The translations under genes were made by a program, and so were the position numbers. From NCBI RefSeq assembly GCF_009914755.1, contig NC_060926.1: a stretch of 64,000 bases of DNA; one strand, given 5' to 3'. Below, one piece after another: positions 15,327-40,255 of the stretch. This DNA comes from the human T2T-CHM13v2.0 reference genome, Homo sapiens. Under the pieces are notes generated by a model that saw only the letters and a program-made list of their open reading frames with translations, was not told the origin of the DNA and ran no database searches. The stretch's first letter is position 1. Each line of letters begins with the position of its first letter.

Positions 15327-15600
15327 GGCTGGGCATAGTGGCTCACACCTGTAATCCCAACAACTTGGGAGGCCAACACAGAAAGATTGCTTGAGCCCTG
15401 GAGTTTGAGACTAGAGTGGGCAACATTGTGGAACACTGTCTCTATAAAAAATTTTTAAAAATTAGCCAGGCATGGTGGCATGTGCCTGTAGTCCCAGCTA
15501 CTTGGGAGGCTGAGGTGCAGGGATCACCTGAGCCCAGGAGGTTGAGGCTGCAGTGAATCTTGTGATTGTGTCACTGCACACCAGCCTGGGTGACAAAAAG
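15327..15600 (+). mobile_element. AluJ
   Basis: GATTGCTTGAGCCC, GAGGCTGCAGTG diagnostics. Confidence 0.9.
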
Positions 15601-17029
15601 AAGAAAATATAAAAATATAGGCCAGTCTTGCTTATGAATGGATATAGATGCAAAAACCCTAAAAACCAAAATTTTTGTGAAACAAATCAGACAATACATA
15701 AAAAAAGATCACTTTTTATGACCAAGTTGATGTTTCCTAGGAATGCAAGATTGGTTTAATATGAGATCAATTAAAGTAATTCACCACATTAATAGTGTAA
15801 GGTAAAAAAATTCATATCTTTATAAAGGCAGAAAAAGTTAATAAAACTCTGCATTCTCTTATTATTTTAAAAATAACAGCAACAACCTCCTTAGCAAACT
15901 GGGAATAGAAGGGAACTTTCTTAACCCAATAAAGGGGATCTCAAAAAACCCACAGAAACCTCATACCTAATGATTAAACTGAAAGCATTCTCTATAAGCT
16001 CAGTTTCAAGACAAAGAGACCTGTTATAATCAGTCTTGTTCTACATGATACTGGAGGTTCTTGCACAGTAGGAGCTAAGAAAAAGAAATAAAAGGTAAAG
16101 GATTGTAAAGAAAGAAAACTGTCATTATTTGCAGATGATATGATTGCTTACACAGAAAATCTTAAACAAGCTACAGATAAAAATTTAAATAAGAGTTGTT
16201 GGATTCCAAATTGATACACAAAAGTAAATTGCATTTCTAGATAAACACAAGAATTGACTAAAAATATAATTTTTTAAATATACTGTTTAAAATATCAATA
16301 AACATTTTTAAATACCTAGGATACAATATAGCAAAGAATGTGTAAGACTTTTATAGTGAAAACTAAAAAAAAGACTTAAAAGACATTAAAGAAGATTAAA
16401 TTGGAAAAAAATATATATCATATTATTGGGTAGGAAGACTGACTCTCATACATCAGTAATTCCCCCTAAACTGACCTATAACTTCAGTGCAATTCCAGTT
16501 GAAATCCTATCAGAGTGTGCATGTGTGTGTATGTGTGAAACTCAACAGGCTGATTACAAAACTGACATGAAAGAATAAAGGGCCAGCTGAAGCCAAGACC
16601 CTCCTGAGGAAGAACAAGTCATAGGGGTTGGGGAGAAGATTCACCCTACTAGATATTAATACTTTCTATAAGCTACAGAAATTAAGGCAGTGTGATAGTA
16701 ATACAGGCATAGATTAATAGACCAACAGAATAATAGAGAGCCTAGTAAAAAACCCATGCACATATAGAAAATGGATTTATGGCAAAGCAGTCATCACAGA
16801 TCATGAGAAAAGATGAACTTCTCAATAAATGACCCTAGGTCAATTGCTTATTCAAATAGAAAAGAAATAAAATTGTATTCATATCCTACACCCTAACACA
16901 AAAAAGGAATTACAATTAAACTAAATACTTAATATGAAAACAAATTTATAAAAATTTCCAAAGACACTATAGGAGAATATTTTTCTTCATACCCTGTTTC
17001 AAGAATAAGAACAAAAATGCAAATTTCTA

Positions 17030-22781
<5,752 letters not shown>

Positions 22782-23634
22782 TTGCTAAGGGTTATAGATT
22801 AGATACCCTTTAATGTAAATATTCAAATTTCTTTTTATAAAAAAGCAGATATATTGAGATATAATTGAAATAAAAAAACTGTACATATTTAACATATATG
22901 ATTTTATTAGTCTGGACATATGGTTACACCCATGAAATGGCCACAATCAAGATATGAATATAACTATCACCCCCACCAAAGTTTCTTCATGCCCTTTTTA
23001 ATCCCACCTTCCATCCCTCCCACCCCACCATCCCCCACCTCAGATAACACTGATCTGCTTCCTGTCACTAGAGAGTAGTTTGCATTTTCTAGAGTTTTAT
23101 CTAAATCAGCCATGCAGTATGCATTCTTGTCTGACTTCTTTCATTCCACATTATTAAAAAAAAAGAATGAAAATCAAGCAATAAAGAAGAAAAAATATTT
23201 GTAATACATATAACCAATAAGGAAGGTGGTGTTCAGAATATATATGTATATAAGGAGCTCCTACAAATCAATAAGAAAAAAGCAAATTCAATAGGAAAAA
23301 ATGGGCCAATGACATGGACCAGTACTCCACAATAAGAGAAAACACAAACATATGAAAAGAGGGTTGAGGGGGAGTCATTCACTGAGCTCACCCCAGAACA
23401 TTTGCATGGTCTATACTTTCATACCAACCATGAGTAGCCTGTTCTTTTCTTGGCTGGGAGGTAAATGAGGACCCTGTCCATAGATCAGGTGGCCATGAGG
23501 GGAATGGGCTTGGTAGGGAAAGCTAGAATTTGTGCTCTGGTGACTATGGTGGTCCTGGCCCCATATATATTCACTGTAAAGAGGAAGATGCAGCGGAACA
23601 AGAAGAACACTGAATAACTAAGAAACGAATGCTT

Positions 23635-23737
23635 GTGCTTACTTTGGCAGCACATATACTAAAATTGGCACAATAGAAGATTAGCATGGCCCCTGCGCAA
23701 GGATGATGAGCAAATTCATGAGGCATTCCATATTTTT
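23635..23737 (+). pseudogene. U6 snRNA pseudogene (5' part of a U6/L1 chimera)
   Basis: GTGCTTACTTTGGCAGCACATATACTAAAATTGG...TTAGCATGGCCCCTGCGCAAGGATGA...CCATATTTTT is full-length U6 with CpG decay and a 4-nt deletion in the ACAGAGA box. Confidence 0.96.
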
Positions 23738-24288
23738 AGCAATCCCATTACTGGCTATATAACCAGAGGAATATAAGTCATTCTACCATAAAGGCATGCA
23801 CACGAGTGTTCATTGAAGCCCTATTAACAATAACAAAGACATGGAATCAATGTTTTTGCAGGACATGCAAGGAATCAACCTAAACGCCCATCAATGACAC
23901 ATTGGATATACACATGGATACTATGCAGCCATAAAAAGAATGAGATCATGTCTTTTTGCTGGAACATGGATAGAGCTGGAAGCTATTATTATTAGCAAAC
24001 TAACACAAAAACAGAAAACCAAATACTGCATGTTCTCACTTATAAGTGGGAGCTAAATGATGAGAACTCATGAACCCAAAAAAGGGAACAACAGACATTG
24101 GGGTCTACTTAAGGATGGAGGGTGAGAGGAGGGAGAGGAGCAGAAAAAATAAATATTGGGTACCAGACTTAATACCTGGGTGATGAAATAGTTACACAGC
24201 AAACCCCCATGACACAAGTTTACCTATATAACAAACCTTTACATGTACCCCCAAACCTAAGAGTTAAAAATAAATAAATAAAAGTTAC
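23738..24288 (+). mobile_element. L1 3' end (L1PA13-16-like) fused to U6
   Basis: AGCAATCCCATTACTGG... ORF2 end, older L1PA-type 3' UTR and A-rich tail directly after the U6 T-tract. Confidence 0.85.
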
Positions 24289-24793
24289 AAAAATGAATAG
24301 TTAAAAGTCTGCGGTCATGCAAATATGATGCCAAGATTCCAGGAGACCTATACAAAATGCCCATAGCAACATTACTGATAAAAGCAAAAAATAAAAATAA
24401 ATAAATAAAAATAAAATAAAATAAAATAACTAGAAATAACTCAAAAGTCTGTCAATAGTAGAATGATAAATTGTGATACATTTATACAAAGGAACATTAT
24501 ACGGCACTGGAAATTATTGCTACACATTTCAACATGAATTAATCTCAAAAACATAATGTTGAGCAGAAAAAGAAACAAAAGAATACATGTAGAATGATTC
24601 CATTTATACAAAGTTCAAAAGCAGGCAAAATTAAATTGCATATTGTATAGGAAAACAAAGATAGGTGGCAAAGTCATGGGGAGGGAAACAAGGGGATATT
24701 TCACACAACACTCAGCATGACAATGAAGGTGGTGGTGACAAGAGGAAGGATAATATTATTGTGAAAGGGCACCAGAAGATTTCAATGTAGTGG

Positions 24794-25088
24794 CTTTTTT
24801 TTTTTTTTTTTTTTTGAGACAGAGTTTCACTCTTGTTCCCCAGGCTGGAGTGCAACAGCGCAATCTCAGCTCACTGCAACCTCCACCTTCTGGATTCAAG
24901 CTATTCTTCTGCCTCAGCCTCCTGAGTAGCTGGGGTTACAGGAGTGCACTACTACACCTGGCTAATTTTTGCATTTTTAGTAGAGACAGGGTTTTACCAT
25001 GTTGGTCTTGAACTCCTGACCTCAAGTGATCCACCCACCTCGGCTTCCCAAAGTGCTAGGATTACAGGTGTGAGCCATCGCACCCAGC
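24794..25088 (-). mobile_element. AluS
   Basis: Poly-T then reverse Alu dimer. Confidence 0.93.
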
Positions 25089-25644
25089 TAGTGTTTTACA
25101 TTTTAATCTGGTGTGAGTAGAAGGATGTCCAGTTTATTCTTCTTTATGCTGTACGTATATATTTTATTCTTCCATTTGAATATATGATGCATTTCACAAT
25201 TTTTTAAAGGCAATGGACAATATAATGAAAATTGAAGAACTGAAGCTCTTGTCCTTTCCGATATGTTCAGCACACATATTGTTTTGAATGCGCAGAGTTC
25301 TTAGGGTTATGATTTAGCAACATGAGCAGTTAACAACCCAACCCTTGTTATGTTAATAGGAACACTGTGGCTAAACCACTAAACTAAAATTTCACTCCAT
25401 AGACTTATTGATACTAAAATGGAATGTTTCTTCAGAGAACTACATACCTCAATTTGCTCACTTTTCTCTTCCTTTTACTATGCTTTGACATTACCATTTA
25501 TTACAGATAATCTACTAAATAGAATTGCCTTCCTTCTTTACAGTTCTTTCTACATTGTTTTGTCCAGGTAATTTTTATGACTTTCATAATAGTGTCTGAC
25601 ATGCACGTAATTTAAAGTCAACAAATACAGAATGATAAAAATGA

Positions 25645-26273
<629 letters not shown>

Positions 26274-26931
26274 AGAAAATTCTTTTAAGAACCACGTGAC
26301 TTCTGCAAATAAGGCATATTCAGTATTAACTTTTAACTAGATAAGACCTACAATGAGCTATTTTCACACACATATGTTTTTTTTCCAAAAATGGTAGAAG
26401 CTAATATTTATTTTAAGTCTGCATGGCAAGTTTTTCAGTTTTTCATAATACTTTGGATGACAGATGTCATTGCCAAGGCATCGAAAGCACTAAATTCCTC
26501 TTTGGAAGTGCTGTTTGTCCAGTTTCACATCTGCCCTGTATCCTTTACTCCTCGAAAAGACAATGTTTCAAGCATTATCCCCCTAGATGTTACAAACAGC
26601 TGAACCAGCCTGCAAATTAAAGGACTACCTTGAACATAAATTTCTGATAAGGCCCATATTAATCATATGCCCCAAAGTTTAGATGATCACACAAAAGTAA
26701 TTTTCTCACAGAAAAGGTTTTTGCTTTCTTTTCAAAAAATTGTAAAGGCATGGTGTAAACATTACTATTCCTTTTCTCTGTTTCTAAATGGGTCTAGGTT
26801 CTTGTGTGAGGAAAGAGGACAATTAGTAAATGTAATTTTCTTATGCAGCCTCAGCTGGCTTCACATACCTCATAAATAGTTCTTATTCAAACATTCTAAA
26901 GATACCTACAATTAAATAAAATTCATCCTAA

Positions 26932-27236
26932 GGCTGGGTATGGTAGCTCATGCCTGTAAACCCAACACTTTGGAAGGCCAAAGTGGGAAGATCACTTGAG
27001 GCCAGGAGTTTGAAACCAGCCTTGTCAACACATTGAGACTCCGCCTCTACAAAAGAAAAAGATTAGCCAGGTGTGGTGGCACACATTTGTAGTCCCAGCT
27101 ACTTAGGAAGCGGAGGCTGGAAGATGGCTTGAGTCCAGGAGTTTAAGGCTGCAGTGAGCCATGATCACATCACTGCTTTCTAGCCTTGGTGACAGAGCAA
27201 GACTCTGTCTCAAAAAAAAAAAAAAAAGAAGAAAAA
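26932..27236 (+). mobile_element. AluJ
   Basis: Full dimer; TSD ~AAAA(T/G)T(C)CATCCTA. Confidence 0.9.
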
Positions 27237-28369
27237 AGTCCATCCTAGTTATATATTTGATCTATTTCATGTTCTGAAAGATCTAACCTGGAACTTTCCC
27301 CTTACGTATACAACTTTAAAGAGTAAATGGCTATTCCAAGTCAATAAACTGGTGGCAAATTGAAAGATATTAATGTGTAGCTAATCTATTTTACATGATG
27401 GAGTTTCTAGTCTCCCCACAATGAGCCTCAGTATATGATTTTAAGTAACATTCAGAATACTAAACTTGATTTTAAAAACTTGCAAGCATTCAGGATATTC
27501 TGCCATGAAGCCTCTAAAATTATAACTATATTACACAGAAGTTAAAAACAAACAAACAAACAAAAACCCTACACTTAGGGGCAAGAGCGCTTAACCAAGG
27601 CATTGCTTATTGCTGCAAAGCTGCTCTGTATTAACCTCACATTAAATCATTAGAGAGAATGGTGGGAGGCGAGGGACAGCTGGCACCCTTGGACATGGGG
27701 GCTGAGGCATCCATGGCTGCTAAAGATTTTATAGATTTTTTTCCTTTTACAGGATAAAAATAAATCATTTGCCTTTAGTTATAGTTTCTAACTGATACTG
27801 TCACAAAGATAATTTCTGGTTGTGGTTTATGCAGTGCAGTCTTATATACTATTATATTATATCTGGCTGATATTAGGTACTGGGTGCCCATTTGTGAAAT
27901 GGAACTTAAGGAACTGTACATTTTTAATAAGAATCAATGCTATTTCCCTAACAGACAGTATCTGTCATGGGCAGATGATTCACATTGATGGCTTATAAAT
28001 AGCATGAATTCCCCAGGAAATTTCTCCACTGGGTCCTCCTTTCACACTAAATTCAAGATATTAGTCAAATCCTGCTAAGGTACACAGATTTGACTATCCA
28101 GAAAAGACAGATCAAGGTTCTTCAGACATCAAAACTTGCTTTGAAGAGAGAAAGACAACATAATCTGGTTTTGCAGTGGCAGATGGCTCATAACTTTGGC
28201 TTTGAATCTTGATCTTCTAAGCCAGTAGACAAGCGGAGACATAAGAGTCATACCAATTACTCCAGCACCACATATGGTGAGCTAGCCTTTAAAACAGGCA
28301 CTAAATGAGACTTGTGATCAGTTTAAACTGCAAAGAAATTGAGGCAATTATAAGACTTATTGATTCCTC

Positions 28370-28640
28370 AGATAATAGCAATGATGGCTATCATTTACCA
28401 GGAGCCTACCATATAACCTGTGCATTTATGTATGCAAAAATCTGTGCCAGAGTTTTGCACACATGGAATAATCACAACAACCATGCAAAGTGGATACTAT
28501 TCGCCCCATTATACATATGAGGAAACTGAAGCTAAGAGAAGATCAGTAACTTATCTCATGTTAAGTAATTTACCAATAACTGAGCCAGGATGCTAACTAA
28601 GAGATGCTTGAGTCTAAAGCTTGGGCTCTTTTCACCATAT
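28370..28640 (-). mobile_element. MIR
   Basis: CCCCATTATACATATGAGGAAACTGAAGCT core. Confidence 0.75.
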
Positions 28641-29076
28641 TATGTTACTTTGAAGAGTTAGCAATTTGTCCTCAAGGCCTCTGTCCATGCTGGTGTTTAA
28701 TACAGCTCAAAAATCATAAAGAAACTTGTCAGTGGTACAAACAGTAGTTTATGTTCAGCCTAATGTACTAGGACAGAGTGAGAAGTTAATACTGCTTGCC
28801 ATTCTTCTTGTGACCAGTTCAACACCAGGTCTTTTTATTTTTTCCAGTCTATGATTAAATATATTAGCAAAGATTGACTTCTGCAGAAGGAAAACATAGA
28901 AGAAATAAAATATCTCCCCAAAAGCTTGAAGCTCTTGCTTCATGAAGAGTAGGAACATCATGAATTGCAAATGTCTTTCAAATATTTTTTCCAGTAATAG
29001 GCCATTTCATAAAAATAATGCAATGACCAAAGAAGTGAAGAATCCTGATTTTACCATATTTTCCAAAAACAGAAAG

Positions 29077-29196
29077 TGTATATAGATATATAAACTTTAT
29101 ATATATGTTTTTATATATATAAACTTTATATGTTTATATATATATAAACTTTATATATATGTTTATATACATAAACATATATATGTATGTATACAT
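29077..29196. repeat. TA-rich compound tandem repeat
   Basis: Repeated TATATATAAACTTTATATATATGTTT units. Confidence 0.85.
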
Positions 29197-30689
29197 CAGT
29201 AAAATGTATGATTTTCTGATATAAACCCTTGTTTATAATATAAACAATATAAAACTCTTGTTTCTGATATAAACCTCTCATGATCATGGTCACATAAGAA
29301 GTTCTTGGGAGGTATAACAAGCACTGCATATGATGCCACAAGTCCTGAATCCCCTGCCCAGCCCCCAAACTGAGCCATTTAACTTCCCTCAGACTGTTTC
29401 TTTACCCTCCAAATGAGGATAGTAATTCTTACCTTTCAGACAGCAAGGATTAATTAGGTAGTATGTGGTGAAGCATTTTATAAATCATAAAGTGCTACAC
29501 AAGTATATCACCACATTCAGAATACAGAACAGGAATCAGACTAGAAACATTAGAAACTCTCCATTTCCCAAATTCTGTCCCTAGATGTTTTTTTGGGGGA
29601 TGTTATACCCCACTCCACTTATTATTTTTGATTGCTTCAGTAGGTATCTAGCTCCAGCAATCAAACCAATCCATGACTAAGGCAACAAATGCCCCCAAAG
29701 GACATTCCCTGCAGCCAAACAGCAAAAAGCTATTGGATCAATAGATCACCGGTATGGCTGTAACTTCAGTGCCCTACCTACAGGTCACCTAGAGTTTACA
29801 AAAAGTTTCACAATAAAGAGAAATGTGCAGTTTTTTTCTAGAATAAGTTGCTTGCTTGTATACACTAGAGCTTCAGGTTTTTTCTCAGAGACAAATTGTA
29901 CATCTCTTTGTTTTATGATGGATATATGCAAGTATAAGACCTGCATAGAGCAACTCAAACTCTGCCTTGAAAACTCTCTAAAATGTTGTAGGAAATCTGT
30001 TAACTATATCCTCCAGTTAATTCCTAGTAATATAAACAGATTCCTTCCCTGCAGGTTTTGGTACTGATTAGTTGTGATGAAAAATGAAAGTTTTTCATAT
30101 TTAATGAAACTATCCATTTTGCACACTCACAACATAGCTCCCAGAAATATTGTTTAGTCCTTGGCAACACTGTCTCACAACTTTGGTAAAGAGCATTGTG
30201 AAAAGATGTTGTTGAACAGACTGCCACTCATTGTTTACATACCACACCAGAGACAGCAGTTTGTGGTGGTTAAGAGTACAAACTGTGGCTCCAACAATAT
30301 GGGTTCAAACCCTGGCTCTCCAACTTAATAGCTGTGTGACCTTGGGGAAATTAAGAAAGCTTCTAATAAGTGTTAACTATCACTACTGTCAGTAGTAGTA
30401 GTAGTAGTATCGCCTTCACAGGCATTAATGGATTATATTGCAAACCATGAAGTTTCCTGAGGCATCTTGTTCCAAACTCTCCAAACCTGACACAATTGTT
30501 GGGATCTTCGCACAAAAATAATCAGTTACCTGGTGTCAATGGATGTGAATGGCTAAAACAGCTTCTGGAATGCATTCTAGCAGATTTTTGAACTTCATAT
30601 TCCATCAAGGAGCCGCCTTCTTTCATGGACAGGAATCCAGCCTTGAACATGTGAACAGAACCTGAATGTAATCCTTAATATTTCCCATA

Positions 30690-30940
30690 ATGGTAAAACT
30701 GTAGAATCTAAACAGAGATGGATAATTTGAGTTTGCATCTGGTCTCTGCCTCTTACTAGCTGTATAAACTTGGGAAAGTTACTAAACCTATTCAAGTCTA
30801 GCTTCCTCACATGTAAAATGTAGGAAGTAACGGTGTCTATCTCATAGAACCTTGTGAGGATTAAATGAGATAACTAAATCTTACCACAGTGCCTACTGCA
30901 TAACATATTCCCAATAAATACTGGCTATTACTATTAATTT
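30690..30940 (+). mobile_element. MIR
   Basis: TTGGGAAAGTTACTAAACCT...TGTAAAATG...TTGTGAGGATTAAATGAGATAA. Confidence 0.8.
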
Positions 30941-31914
30941 TTTTGGGGGGGTTGGTTGGTACAGTTGATATGAGCTCTTCACCTGTGTGTTAATTGAAAA
31001 ATGAATTTTTTGCAGCTGATCCTTTGAGGACTATAAAATGTATGGATGAAGTCTTATCAGCAGAAGTCTTATGTTATTATAATGTTGAATTCAGTTCACT
31101 TTTTGGAAGATTTTATAATAAATCTTACAGTGTGAAACAATCATGGAGTAGATTGTCTAAGAAATTATAGAAAGATAACATTGAGAAAGTAGTTGATCTC
31201 TGTATTGTAACCATCAATGTCTCCTTTCTACTTAGGTTTCTTGTTTGTTCGTTTGTTTGTTTGTTTGTTTTTATAATTGAAGAATTGGAGTCAGAACTTC
31301 AGAATAATAGTCATTGAGTCAGAAGGTGAGATGATAGATAGAAGGTCAAGGAAGGCTGTTGATTGCCCCTTTCAAGTCAGGCAGGGCTGACTTAAACATG
31401 GTTGGCTTTTGGCAAAGCTGAGGTAGTCAGTTCATCTTGAGTTCCCTTGTAGATTCTCTTTACTCTTCTCGGTCAATGTAACTATCCTGGGTCCAATTAT
31501 TGCTCATATCAAGTGGTAAATTTATTTCTGTTAGTGTTAATCACTAATTAACTTGTTCACTGCTCATGGGTCCTCAGAGATGTCTGGAGACTCTTACAGT
31601 TGGAAAAGCCAGGAATCTTGAGGTGCATAGAACTATAAAAGAATTATAGGTTGTGAAGTTGTTAGTTTGAGGCATATATCTTTTGTCCACTATTCCTATG
31701 TCTAGGGCCTATCTCATTCCTGTAGACTTATTATGTGTTCTTAGATGAATAATTATGCAGAAAAACTTTCTGGGATTTTTTTTTTTTTTACTTGGAGACA
31801 AAAGGACTCAGATCCTATGACATGATAGTTGTCTATATCCTTTATTGCAGTTGATGGGAAGACTCAGAAACAAACTTGGACCCAGATAATTTCCTTCTTC
31901 TAGATATCACCCAA

Positions 31915-32230
<316 letters not shown>

Positions 32231-34097
32231 TCAAAGAATGGCTTTTCCCCAGCTATCCTAAAGATATATAAAACAACATGCTGTTACACAAATAGAGCTT
32301 TGTTACAAGTCACCTCATCAGTACTTTCAGTCAGATGACAGCCCAGAGCCCCTCTGGTAACATGATAGAGCAGCCACGAGTCACACTATGAGCAGATCAG
32401 ACATGAGCCTCATTCAACACCAAGAATAACCTGCTACAAAGCTAGTAGCTTAAAATTTTGGGGAAGGATTATTTTGTAAGGTTTCTCCTCTGTGTTTTCA
32501 TAATTAACATGGAATTTTAGAGCTGAGAGAGTCTCAGAAGTCATTTTCCTAACCCCCCCATGTTATATATGGAGATTCTGAGGGCCAGAGAGAGAGGTCA
32601 TCTGCCTGCATTCCCATAGATGATGAGTGCAGGGAAGCCCAGATTTATGCCCCTTCTTGCTCCCAGGCCTTCCATGGCTCACTGTCTTCAACTGAAGGTG
32701 ACTAAGATAACAAGGCCCTCGAATAATCTGGCTCTACCATCCTATCCACTGCCTACCCAGGATGAACTCCTTTTGCTCATGAACATTCTACGTGAGAAAT
32801 GGTTACAGACAGAAGTAGATAGAGCAGCTGGGAAGCAGTTTCAATAATCTGGGTGAAAGATAATGGTGACTTGAATCAGAGTTGTGGTAGTAGAGTTGCA
32901 GAAAAGTGAACAGATTGGAGATTGTTTTATGGAGTGAATCAGAAGAACCTTCTAACGGATCTAATATGTAGGTGAATAAAAGGAAGGAATCAAAGGTAAC
33001 ACCTAGGGTTCTGGCTTGGGCAACTGAAGATAAAGAAGATAAGGCAGAGGCAAGAGAGTATTGGGATGGGGGGCTGGGGGCGCGGCATGAAAGAAAGAGT
33101 TCTCTCAATGTTCCGTGTATAACAATCTGAGAGGTGGCATGGCATATGTCAGAGGAGGAACAATATTTCCCCCTTTTCTGTTTTCCATGAGGAGAGACTT
33201 CCCTTAACCCGTCCACCCTTTGGATCCATTCCTTGGTCCTCCTCAGAAAGGTAGGGTGAGTTATCTGATGAGGGAATTAGGGAGACTAACAGGGCATGCA
33301 CAACCTAGCTCCTTCCTCCCTTTAATCCTTGGGAGTCAGGCCACCCCCAAAGAGCAGTCCTTCAGTTCCTCGATGCTGTAATTTCCAAAGGGACAGGCCC
33401 CTTGCATGGGGAGGACTATGGGCATCCAGCATTTTCTGTGCTTGGGAGGGTAGGTTTATCTAATTCTGGTGCTGAGAATTATACACGCCTATAAATATAA
33501 GCCCATATTCCAGTATCTGTTTCATAAGCCATAAATGTGATATTTTGATATCCCATATGCATTTCTTTTTTGTCTTTTTTCTCATCTGAATTGGTTCAGG
33601 GTAGGGAAGAAAGAAGGTAGGTATTGGGTCCTCTCAAAACTCAAGAGTGGGAGGAACAGTGGGAGAGGAACACAGAGTCCTTCCTCTAACACTGTGGCCC
33701 TGTGACCTCAGGAAGAGGACCTAACTTCTCAGTGCTTGTTTCCTAATCTATGAAAGGAAAGGGATAGCATCTACTCTACATTTCTCAAAAGGTTATTATG
33801 AAGATCTTAATAACAAATATTTGAATATTTAAATGTTCAACATTTGAATATTTGAATAACCAATATTTGAATGTAACCTTAATATTCCAATATTTGAATA
33901 TGACTTTGAGCCGGGCACTTAAAGTGCCAGTGGCATATGTTAAGAGTTGTGGTAGTAGAGTTGGAGAAAAGTGAACAGATTTGAGATGGTTTTACAAGTA
34001 ACTCAAAAGAACTTTCTGATGGACCTAATATGGTAGGTGAATAAAAGAAAGTAATCAAAGATAAGACCTAGGTTTTTGTCTTTAAAGTGCCAGGCAT

Positions 34098-40255
<6,158 letters not shown>

